Source: a virus (Duplodnaviria > Caudoviricetes). Taken from it: a stretch of 40,463 nt of DNA. Positions 16,015 to 23,787 of this stretch are shown one piece after another. The notes beneath the pieces are model-generated. The model ran no database searches, was not told the DNA's origin, and worked only from the letters and a program-made list of their open reading frames with translations. The position numbers were made by a program, and so were the translations under genes. The stretch is taken from positions 1-40,463 of IMG/VR virus record IMGVR_UViG_3300020045_007692; one strand, written 5' to 3'. The number at the start of each line of letters is the position of its first letter. The first letter of the stretch is position 1.

Positions 16015-17309
16015 TCTCTGAACTCATCATTCCATCAAACCGTCAGCGGCAGGACTTCGATCCCGAAGCTCTGACTGACCTCGCGAACTCTATTCTGAAC
16101 CTCGGGCTTCTCCACCCCATTGTCACAAGGTGCACGGATCAAGGCACTTTCCTAGTTGCCGGTGAGCGCCGCCTAAGAGCCATCCAAGACCTTTGGGCAA
16201 TGGGGGAGCCTATCCGCCACAATGGCCGCTCATACCCGCCCGGTGAGCTTCCCACGGTCTCCCTTGGCGACCTCACGCCCATAGAAGCCGAGGAAGCCGA
16301 ACTCGACGAGAACCTCAAGCGGCGCGACCTCACATGGCAAGAGCGTTCCGAAGCCCTAGGCCGTCTCCACCGTCTCCGCGAAGCCCAGGCTCTCCTAGTC
16401 GGAGAATCCCAACCAATCTCCGCCACCCTCAACGAAGCCGAAGTCTCTGACTACTCCTCTGGACGTCAAGCCATCCTCCTCTCCGAACACCTCTCCAACC
16501 CCGCAGTTGCCGGAGCGAAAAATGTTCAGGAAGCCTTCAAAGTCCTCAAGCGCGAAGAGGAGCGGAAGAAGTCCCTCTCTCTCGCAGAGACCGTGGGCCT
16601 TTCCTACAATAGCTCTGTTCATCATCTTCACAACGCTGACTGTCTCGATTGGCTCGCAACCTGCCCTGCTAATACCTTTGATGCCATACTCACTGATCCT
16701 CCTTATGGCATGGGGGCTAATTCTTTCGGAAATTCCGCAGGAAAAATGACAGGCACTGACCATCAATACTCCGATACCCTCCCCCAGTGGAGAAAGCTCA
16801 TGACCGCCTTCTCCGTCCAGTCTTTCAAAGTCGCCAAGCCCCAGGCCCACGCCTATGTCTTCTGCGACCTCGACAACTTCCATGAACTCAAACACCTCAT
16901 GGAGTCGGCTGGATGGTATGTCTTCCGAACCCCTCTTATCCAATACAAGCTCAACTCTGGCAGAGTCCCCCTCCCCGAACACGGCCCGCGCCGCTGCTAC
17001 GAACTCATCCTCTTTGCCAACAAAGGCCAGAAACCCATCACAGGAATCTACCCCGATGTTATCCCCTGCAAGCTCGAAGAGAATCTGGGCCATGGAGCTA
17101 ACAAGCCAGTCGAGCTCTTTGTTAATCTCCTTCGGCGCTCTGTTCGCCCTGGGGACAGTATCCTGGATGCCTTTGCAGGTTCGGGGACTATCTTCCCTGC
17201 TGCCCACGAATGCAAGGTCTACGCGACAGGACTTGAGTTAAACCCAGAATACTACGGCATCTCTGTCAAACGCCTCAATGCCCTCGACGACGAACCGGTG
17301 ATGGTCTGA
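16008..17309 (+). CDS. ParB/Srx-domain plus N6A/N4C DNA methyltransferase fusion
   Basis: GLLHPIV..LVAGERRLRA..ENLKR; DPPY; LDAFAGSGT (beta-class order). Confidence 0.9.
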   Translation: MLISELIIPSNRQRQDFDPEALTDLANSILNLGLLHPIVTRCTDQGTFLVAGERRLRAIQDLWAMGEPIRHNGRSYPPGELPTVSLGDLTPIEAEEAELDENLKRRDLTWQERSEALGRLHRLREAQALLVGESQPISATLNEAEVSDYSSGRQAILLSEHLSNPAVAGAKNVQEAFKVLKREEERKKSLSLAETVGLSYNSSVHHLHNADCLDWLATCPANTFDAILTDPPYGMGANSFGNSAGKMTGTDHQYSDTLPQWRKLMTAFSVQSFKVAKPQAHAYVFCDLDNFHELKHLMESAGWYVFRTPLIQYKLNSGRVPLPEHGPRRCYELILFANKGQKPITGIYPDVIPCKLEENLGHGANKPVELFVNLLRRSVRPGDSILDAFAGSGTIFPAAHECKVYATGLELNPEYYGISVKRLNALDDEPVMV

Positions 17310-17392
17310 TGGACAACTGGCTCGCCTTCTGGATCGGCCTTGCCGTTATTGGCTTCCTCGGAGCATTATTTGAAGGGACAGCAGATCAATGA
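17309..17392 (+). CDS. 27-aa membrane micropeptide
   Basis: Read manually: MDNWLAFWIGLAVIGFLGALFEGTADQ; overlaps MTase stop and polymerase start. Confidence 0.55.
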   Translation: MDNWLAFWIGLAVIGFLGALFEGTADQ

Positions 17393-19764
17393 TCCAACCC
17401 TACGGGCCTGCCAACGCCCGCCTGATGATCGTAACTGATCAAGTCTCCTACCGCGACATTCAGTCCAACACCATCCTCCAGGACCGAGAGTTCGACAAGA
17501 TGTTTGAAGCAGCCGGAGGCATCCGCTTCTCCTGCTTCACCACTGCTTTAATGAAAGGGCAATTCCGTGGCCAAGTCGCAGAGCACCTCATCCACCCTCT
17601 TAAACGCAATGCTCCAGCTCATTACGTGGGTCTTCACGATAAGCTTGTCGATCCTTTACTTCTACGGGGTCTGGAAAGTTTGCGTATGGATATCGAGCTG
17701 GTTAAGCCTAGAATTATTCTTGGGCTTGGTGCTGCTACCCTCTTTGCTTTATGTGGCAAAAGCGGAATAAAATCCTGGCGATCTTCCCTTCTGCGCTATG
17801 TTACAGAATCCGGGCACGAATGCTATGTCATTCCGACCTATCACCCGTCTTACGTTCAAGCCGTCTGGAAGGAGCGAAACACCATCATCCACGATTTGCG
17901 AAAGGCAGTAGCCCTTGCGCAGATGGAAGAACCACCCGCACCGCCAGCCTACGATTTCATCATCCAGCCGTCCTTCACGCAAGCCGCTACCTGCCTTACC
18001 AACCTCCTCTCGATGGTTGAAGCCAGGCCAACTAAACTCTCCGTCGATGTTGAAACCCGAGCAGGGCATCTCGCCTGCACCGGCATCGCTTGGTCAAACC
18101 ACGAAGCCATCTGCATCCCGCAGCTTAAACAATCCTTCGATATCGACCAGACTTCCTACTGGATGGAAGAGGAAGAAGCCTATCTCACGCATCAGCTCTA
18201 CCGCCTCCTTACCCATCCAAACGCTGAGGTCATCGGCCAGAACTTCCTCTACGATGCGCAATATTTCTACCGCTGGCTTCACTTCATCCCGAACTTCGCC
18301 CGCGACACCATGATCGCCCAGCACTCTATCTTCTCCAACATGCCGAAGGGCCTGGACTATCTCTCCTCCCTCTACTGCGGCCACCACGTCTACTGGAAGG
18401 ACGAGTCAAAGAACTGGGATCCCCGCCTCGGGGAGCGCCAACTCTGGAACTACAACTGTCTCGACTGTGTCCGCACCTTTGAAATCGACACGGAGCAGCA
18501 ACGCACCATCGACCACTACACTGCCAACGACTGGCCCGAACTCCGCGCCGTTCACGACTTCCAGCAGTCGCTTTTCTTCCCCGTCCTTCAGTCCATGATC
18601 GACGGCCTCCGAACGGACAACTCAACCAAAGCCACTCTCTCAGCCGAACTCTCCACTGCTATCAAAATCAAAGAGTCCTGGCTGGAGTCCGTCATCGGCC
18701 ACCCTATCAACATCAAATCCCCCCTCCAGATGAAGGATTTCTTCTATCGTGAGCTGGCTCAAAAGGAAGTTATCAACCGTAAGACTGGTAATCCAACTTG
18801 CGACGACACAGCGTTGGAAAAACTCGGAAACCGCGAACCCCTTCTACTTCCAGTCACGAAGACTATCTCTGAACTCCGCTCTTTGGGAGTATTTAGATCA
18901 ACATTCCTGGAAGCTCCCATCGACACCGATCAGAGAATGCGTTGCTCTTTTAACATCGCAGGGACTGATACTTACCGCTTTTCTTCCTCCGAGAATGCCT
19001 TCGGGTCAGGAATGAACCTCCAGAACATTCCTTCTGGCGATGAAGCAGCGGGCCTGCCAAACGTCCGCAAGCTCTTCATCACAGACCCAGACCAAACCTT
19101 CTTCGATATCGACCTCGACTCCGCCGACCTCCGCATCGTCACCTGGGAGTCCGACTGCGCCGCAATGAAAACCTGGTTCGCTGAAGGCAAGAAACCCTAC
19201 ATCGAAGTCGCAAAGGAATACTACCAAGATGACTCTATCGACAAACACCATCCAGCCTATCCAATGTTCAAAGCCCTCTGCCACGCTACCAACTACCTCG
19301 GAACAGCTAGCGGCGTCTCTGGACGCATCGGTCTTGAGGCTGGTAAAGTCGCTTCGATCCAAGACTGGTATTTTTCCAAGTTCCCGGAAATCAAGGATTG
19401 GCAAGAACGCGTTAAGTCTCAAGTCCGATCTGTCGGCTATGTTCAAAATGTGTTCGGATACAGGATTTACATATTCGATAGAATTGAAGGAACCCTGGAT
19501 AATGAAATCATTGCTTGGATTCCTCAATCTACAGTTGCTTGCCTCATCAATCGAGGCTATGCAGCTATTCATCGAAGCGAACCAGACATTAAGGTTCTCC
19601 TGCAAGTTCACGATAGTCTCGCCGGGCAGTTCCCCACATCGCTTCGAGAGCAGAGTCTCGAAAGAATTACTCGACATTGTTCTATTGAACTGCCATACAA
19701 AGACCCCTTGACGATCCCGGTGGGCGTCAAGACTTCTACTGAATCTTGGGGAGGCTGCCAGTGA
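17389..19764 (+). CDS. polA: Family A DNA polymerase with N-terminal UDG-like domain and 3'-5' exonuclease
   Basis: UDG-like KPRIILGLG..PTYHPS; Exo DVET/NFLYD/YNCLD; TYRFSS, NLQNIP, DLDSADLR, KALCHATNY, VHDS. Confidence 0.93.
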   Translation: MIQPYGPANARLMIVTDQVSYRDIQSNTILQDREFDKMFEAAGGIRFSCFTTALMKGQFRGQVAEHLIHPLKRNAPAHYVGLHDKLVDPLLLRGLESLRMDIELVKPRIILGLGAATLFALCGKSGIKSWRSSLLRYVTESGHECYVIPTYHPSYVQAVWKERNTIIHDLRKAVALAQMEEPPAPPAYDFIIQPSFTQAATCLTNLLSMVEARPTKLSVDVETRAGHLACTGIAWSNHEAICIPQLKQSFDIDQTSYWMEEEEAYLTHQLYRLLTHPNAEVIGQNFLYDAQYFYRWLHFIPNFARDTMIAQHSIFSNMPKGLDYLSSLYCGHHVYWKDESKNWDPRLGERQLWNYNCLDCVRTFEIDTEQQRTIDHYTANDWPELRAVHDFQQSLFFPVLQSMIDGLRTDNSTKATLSAELSTAIKIKESWLESVIGHPINIKSPLQMKDFFYRELAQKEVINRKTGNPTCDDTALEKLGNREPLLLPVTKTISELRSLGVFRSTFLEAPIDTDQRMRCSFNIAGTDTYRFSSSENAFGSGMNLQNIPSGDEAAGLPNVRKLFITDPDQTFFDIDLDSADLRIVTWESDCAAMKTWFAEGKKPYIEVAKEYYQDDSIDKHHPAYPMFKALCHATNYLGTASGVSGRIGLEAGKVASIQDWYFSKFPEIKDWQERVKSQVRSVGYVQNVFGYRIYIFDRIEGTLDNEIIAWIPQSTVACLINRGYAAIHRSEPDIKVLLQVHDSLAGQFPTSLREQSLERITRHCSIELPYKDPLTIPVGVKTSTESWGGCQ

Positions 19765-20981
19765 CGCGTAAGAGACACTACGACAACTGGATCAAAGCCT
19801 TCTTGGAGTATAGCGAAGCGTCTGAAGCCCCTCGCCACATGCATTTTTGGACTGGGGTTTCCACCATAGCCGGTGCGCTGCGCCGCCGCGTCTGGATCGA
19901 CATGGCGCATTTCAAATGGTACCCGAACTTCTATATCATCCTCGTCGCGCCGCCTGGCGTCGTCTCCAAATCCACAACAGCCTCTATCGGCATGTCCCTC
20001 CTCCGCAAAGTCCCAGACATAAAATTCGGCCCAGATGTTGTCACCTGGCAAGCCCTCGTAACCGGCTTCGCTGAAGCCACAATGTCTTTCGACTATGAAG
20101 GTGAATTCCATGCGATGTCTGCGCTTACAATTGAGTCTTCAGAGTTCGGTAACCTGCTTGACCCTCGTGACACGCAAATGGTCGATCTACTGGTGTCTCT
20201 GTGGGACGGCAAACAAGGAGCCTTCACGAAGACTACTAAAGGCAGCGGTTGCGATGTCGTCGAGAACCCGTGGATCAATCTCATTGCCTGCACTACCCCT
20301 TCCTGGATTGCTGGTAATTTCCCGGAATACATGATCGGGGGCGGGTTCACCTCTCGCTGTATCTTCGTCTATGCGGAGAAAAAAGCCCAGCTCATGGCCT
20401 ACCCGCACAAGCATGTGCCGCATAACTTCAAAGTCATGGCGCAGTGTCTTGCCGAAGATCTTGCAGCCATCTCCATGCTTGTAGGGGAATACAAACTAGA
20501 CAAATCTGCTGACGCATGGGGCGAAGCCTGGTATTCAGCCCACCATCTCGCCAAGCACGTCCACATGGACGATGATCGCTTCGGCGGCTACCTTGCCCGC
20601 AAGCAAACCCATATCCACAAGCTCGCCATGATCCTCGCAGCTGCCGAATCCGACCGCCTCATCATCACAGCCGAGCACCTCGCCTTAGCCGATCAGATGG
20701 TGACCGACCTCGAACCCGACATGCAGTTCGTCTTCTCGAAGATCGGAAAGTCCGAAGACAGCCTCTACGCCGAGCGCTTGATCTACTACGTCAACAAACG
20801 CGAAGGCTGTGAATACAAAGAAGCCTACCGCCATGTCCATGCGCATTTCCCCAAAGTCCAGGACTTTGAAGCCATCATCACCGGAGCTGTGCGCAGCGGC
20901 TATCTCGTCCTTAAGCAAAAAGTCGGGACGAATGAAATGTGGTTATTTCCAGGGGGTAACTCACCCGGCAAGGAGGAATAG
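19761..20981 (+). CDS. DUF3987/YfjI-like AAA+ putative replicative helicase
   Basis: PNFYIILVAPPGVVSKST, SSEFG, GGFTSRCIF; GTGA overlap with polymerase stop. Confidence 0.75.
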   Translation: MTRKRHYDNWIKAFLEYSEASEAPRHMHFWTGVSTIAGALRRRVWIDMAHFKWYPNFYIILVAPPGVVSKSTTASIGMSLLRKVPDIKFGPDVVTWQALVTGFAEATMSFDYEGEFHAMSALTIESSEFGNLLDPRDTQMVDLLVSLWDGKQGAFTKTTKGSGCDVVENPWINLIACTTPSWIAGNFPEYMIGGGFTSRCIFVYAEKKAQLMAYPHKHVPHNFKVMAQCLAEDLAAISMLVGEYKLDKSADAWGEAWYSAHHLAKHVHMDDDRFGGYLARKQTHIHKLAMILAAAESDRLIITAEHLALADQMVTDLEPDMQFVFSKIGKSEDSLYAERLIYYVNKREGCEYKEAYRHVHAHFPKVQDFEAIITGAVRSGYLVLKQKVGTNEMWLFPGGNSPGKEE

Positions 20982-20993
20982 GCCTTTTTTGAA
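20977..20993. repeat. 17-bp repeat AATAGGCCTTTTTTGAA, copy 2
   Basis: Exact match to 1415..1431; at the convergence of the two arms. Confidence 0.85.
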
Positions 20994-21007
20994 ATCCCAA
21001 AAAATTC

Positions 21008-21208
21008 CTATTTTGGGCAGTCCTTCTCACAGACACAAACCCATTTAGAGTTATGCGCCTCAACAGCCCGGACAGTCTCCGGGCTGTCCTTTTTGCTATC
21101 ATATCCAATCGGCGCGCCGATGGCACAGTAGTCACTCACCACGGTCAAACCTTTTCCGCAGGCGCTCAGTGCGAGGAGCATCGTTAACCCTAACAGCCCT
21201 CTCCGCAT
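21008..21208 (-). CDS. o-spanin (Rz1-like lipoprotein)
   Basis: Lipobox LALSAC-G; overlaps i-spanin; end of lysis cassette. Confidence 0.75.
   Translation of the reverse strand: MRRGLLGLTMLLALSACGKGLTVVSDYCAIGAPIGYDSKKDSPETVRAVEAHNSKWVCVCEKDCPK
21063..21094 (+). terminator. Terminator for the + strand arm, inside the o-spanin gene
   Basis: ACAGCCCGGA-cagtc-TCCGGGCTGT followed by CCTTTTT. Confidence 0.6.
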
Positions 21209-21344
21209 CTTCTTTCTCCTTTTCCAGCACTTCTATCGCCTCAACTGTCTTCTCGGCTTTACCGGCATTGATCAGTTGTTGGGCTTGAAAGTATCTCGCT
21301 ACTTCATGCAGAAATCCGAGAAATGGCTTGAGCCAGCTAAGCAT
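21132..21344 (-). CDS. Putative i-spanin (Rz-like)
   Basis: N-terminal hydrophobic segment, coiled-coil, overlaps lipoprotein gene. Confidence 0.6.
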   Translation of the reverse strand: MLSWLKPFLGFLHEVARYFQAQQLINAGKAEKTVEAIEVLEKEKEDAERAVRVNDAPRTERLRKRFDRGE

Positions 21345-21546
21345 CTGGCACCATCAGCGATTCCTCAATCGCAGCAATCCTCTCCAGCGCCGACCTAGCA
21401 GCGGCATTGACTTGATCCATAGTCAATGCCGCTGCTGTAGGCGTAGAAAGTATCTTCGCCACTTGCTCTTTCAGCACCGCAATATCCCGAGAGTTTTGCA
21501 GGACAATGTCCCGAAGAGCCTGTGGCATTTCATCAACCCTTTGCAA
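21337..21546 (-). CDS. Hypothetical coiled-coil protein in lysis cassette
   Basis: 69 aa, overlaps both neighbours. Confidence 0.6.
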   Translation of the reverse strand: MQRVDEMPQALRDIVLQNSRDIAVLKEQVAKILSTPTAAALTMDQVNAAARSALERIAAIEESLMVPDA

Positions 21547-21718
21547 TACCAGCGCGGAGAGTCGCCACGCCGAGGAAACCGAGAAGCTGCAGCACCACCG
21601 GGGGGATCTCCACCCCGAAGGCCTGGGCCAGCGTCACCGCCGCGCCAACAAACGCGATGATATAAGTCTTCTTCCCTGCGAAACTATCCATCAACATATC
21701 AAGTCCTTTCAGTAACAT
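21533..21718 (-). CDS. Putative holin
   Basis: Two TM segments, GKKTY motif, adjacent to endolysin. Confidence 0.7.
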   Translation of the reverse strand: MLLKGLDMLMDSFAGKKTYIIAFVGAAVTLAQAFGVEIPPVVLQLLGFLGVATLRAGIAKG

Positions 21719-22131
21719 TAGAGCTTACCCCCTGCTTGGAAGTAGCCCAGAGCATGCCCACCAGTCATTTGGAAGTGGGGCATTTCCTTAAACCGCTTCC
21801 ATTCAAAAGCCCATTCAAATCCATGGGCTTTGAAGATTTCAGCGATCTTAAACCAATTCGGGGACTTGCCGGAGAAATCCGGCTTGCCATTCACCATCGG
21901 GTAGAGATCCAGCGCAACTCGGTATTGGTGGAAGCTCTGCCCGGCTCTGGCGTTTGTGACCTTCGGGCCGGGCTTCGTCCGCCCTTGGGCATACAGCGCC
22001 TCTTGCTCTGCCCCGCTGCGGTAGGTATTCGTGACGAGCAGATCCAGCTCCTTCGCTTTGCACTCTGCGATGGCAGCCTTCGCTGCCGCACCGACCTTCG
22101 GGTCAAGAGAATCCAGTGACCTATCCGCCAT
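21718..22131 (-). CDS. Endolysin, M15 L-Ala-D-Glu peptidase
   Basis: YRSGAEQEALYAQGRT...SFHQYRVALD...EMPHFQ. Confidence 0.92.
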   Translation of the reverse strand: MADRSLDSLDPKVGAAAKAAIAECKAKELDLLVTNTYRSGAEQEALYAQGRTKPGPKVTNARAGQSFHQYRVALDLYPMVNGKPDFSGKSPNWFKIAEIFKAHGFEWAFEWKRFKEMPHFQMTGGHALGYFQAGGKL

Positions 22132-22140
22132 TTCAATCTC

Positions 22141-22392
22141 CTAATGCAGGCTCGGAGGGATCATCCCGCCAATCGCCATTTTCATAAAAGCAATCAAGCC
22201 TATAATACTCGCCCCAAGCATGGCAAGCCACTTCAGCGCAGATCCCCCAACCCTCCCTGCGGAATAAAGCTCAGCCATAGCTTTCAGCTCCGGGACGATA
22301 GCAACCAGAGGTTCCGTCGCCGATTTATGAGCCAGCAATTCCTGATGAATCTCTCTGAGTTCCGCTAATATCTCAACATTCGTAGCCATCAT
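22141..22392 (-). CDS. Membrane protein (holin/antiholin-like)
   Basis: Single C-terminal TM; directly upstream of endolysin. Confidence 0.6.
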   Translation of the reverse strand: MMATNVEILAELREIHQELLAHKSATEPLVAIVPELKAMAELYSAGRVGGSALKWLAMLGASIIGLIAFMKMAIGGMIPPSLH

Positions 22393-22401
22393 TAACCCCC
22401 G

Positions 22402-23784
22402 TTAGGACCAGTTGCCAACATTAGTAAAGCTGCTGCTTCCGACCTGCGTGATCTTGACAAAAGTAATGCAGTTAGCTGAAGCGTTCCCGATCGAAGTCTC
22501 GATCAGGGGAATAAAAGTCCCAGCGGTATCCACTCGAAGCATGGCCTTTGCTATTAGTTGTGCGGAAGTCTGGGAATCAGAGGGGGAGGTGACGATGCAA
22601 GAGGTATGGGCATTACCAACAAGCAGAGAAGTCGTGGCGCTGTTTCCTTTAGAGACCCCCAACTCTCCGTAAAGCACCGCCGAGGATGCTCCCCCAAAGG
22701 AAAGCGAAACGGTCTGCGCGCCGCTCATATTATTCACATGAGCATACAGTTCCAAAGTATAAAACCCTGCAACCAGCGTTACAGCACCATTGGTATAGGA
22801 GACCAGCAACTTCTGCGCGGAAGCGCTGTTAACCAACGTTCCTGTGCTATAAGCCGCCTGTGTCGTGTCCACTACCATCCGCGCGGTAGCGGATTTGCTC
22901 AGGAAGAAGCTCGTTCCATCGAACTCCATGCCACCAGCGACTGGGGTAGTGTTTAACGTCCCGGATTGCAACTGAATCGGCGTGAGAGAGGTCGTACCTG
23001 CTGCGAGCACAATCGCCCCAGTCAGCGTTCCGCCCGCCGAAGTCAAGAAGCTCAGCGTAGCGCCGTTAATCCTCACGACCAAGCCAGAAGTCGTAGTCCA
23101 GAGATCCCCGTTATTCGGGGAAGAAGGCGCGGAGCCATGCGGGAGGTTAAACCCCGCCCCGCCGCTCGCGCTCGCAACTGTCACCAGTGCCCCAGTGAAA
23201 GTCCCCCCTTGAACCCCGATCATCGGGCCTATCGTCGCGCCGTTGATCCTTGCATAAAATCCAGCCGTCGTCGTCCACAAACTCCCATTCGTCGGAGCAG
23301 ACGGCGCGACGCCATGCGGGATAATCAGCGCCTCTTGCCCTGATGCCGGAGTAGCTGTCGTCAGTGCCCCCGTCAGCGCCGATCCCCCGGAAAAGGTAAT
23401 CGTGATCGTCCCAGAACCATTGGTGATTGTCATGCCACTACCAGCGGTCAATGTCGCTGAGGCATAAACCGTCCCGTTCCCGATCAACAGTGCCCCGTTC
23501 GCCGGAGCAGTCGTCAATCCCGTCCCGCCCGAAGTCACAGGCAGCGCCGCTGTCAGCGTAGCCGACGCAGCCGCAAACGCTCCAACATTCGTGAGGTTCT
23601 TCGCGTTCCAGTCAATAGCCGCAGAAGGTTGCCCCTGCCCATCCCTCGTCAGACAGTTCGACAACCCCGTCGCAATGTCATTAATCACTGCATTGTAATA
23701 AGTCGGACTGATAACCGCCCCGCCAATCGCAGGAAAGTTCGGAGCCGCTGAGGGAGTGAAATTCCCAGAACCGTCAAAAGGCAT
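22402..23784 (-). CDS. Tail fibre
   Basis: MPFDGSGNF..DIATGLSNCLTRDG N-terminal anchor; Gly/Thr/Ala-rich; internal repeat. Confidence 0.82.
   Translation of the reverse strand: MPFDGSGNFTPSAAPNFPAIGGAVISPTYYNAVINDIATGLSNCLTRDGQGQPSAAIDWNAKNLTNVGAFAAASATLTAALPVTSGGTGLTTAPANGALLIGNGTVYASATLTAGSGMTITNGSGTITITFSGGSALTGALTTATPASGQEALIIPHGVAPSAPTNGSLWTTTAGFYARINGATIGPMIGVQGGTFTGALVTVASASGGAGFNLPHGSAPSSPNNGDLWTTTSGLVVRINGATLSFLTSAGGTLTGAIVLAAGTTSLTPIQLQSGTLNTTPVAGGMEFDGTSFFLSKSATARMVVDTTQAAYSTGTLVNSASAQKLLVSYTNGAVTLVAGFYTLELYAHVNNMSGAQTVSLSFGGASSAVLYGELGVSKGNSATTSLLVGNAHTSCIVTSPSDSQTSAQLIAKAMLRVDTAGTFIPLIETSIGNASANCITFVKITQVGSSSFTNVGNWS
23020..23370 (-). repeat. Two tandem ~58-59 aa repeats in the tail fibre
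   Basis: PHGVAPSAPTNGSLWTTTAGFYARINGAT / PHGSAPSSPNNGDLWTTTSGLVVRINGAT. Confidence 0.85.
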
Positions 23785-23787
23785 TGT

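Noticed and set aside
15625-19764. Z-genome (2-aminoadenine) system suggested by MazG plus unusual PolA
   Set aside because: No PurZ/adenylosuccinate-synthetase-like or HD-domain DatZ gene in the window
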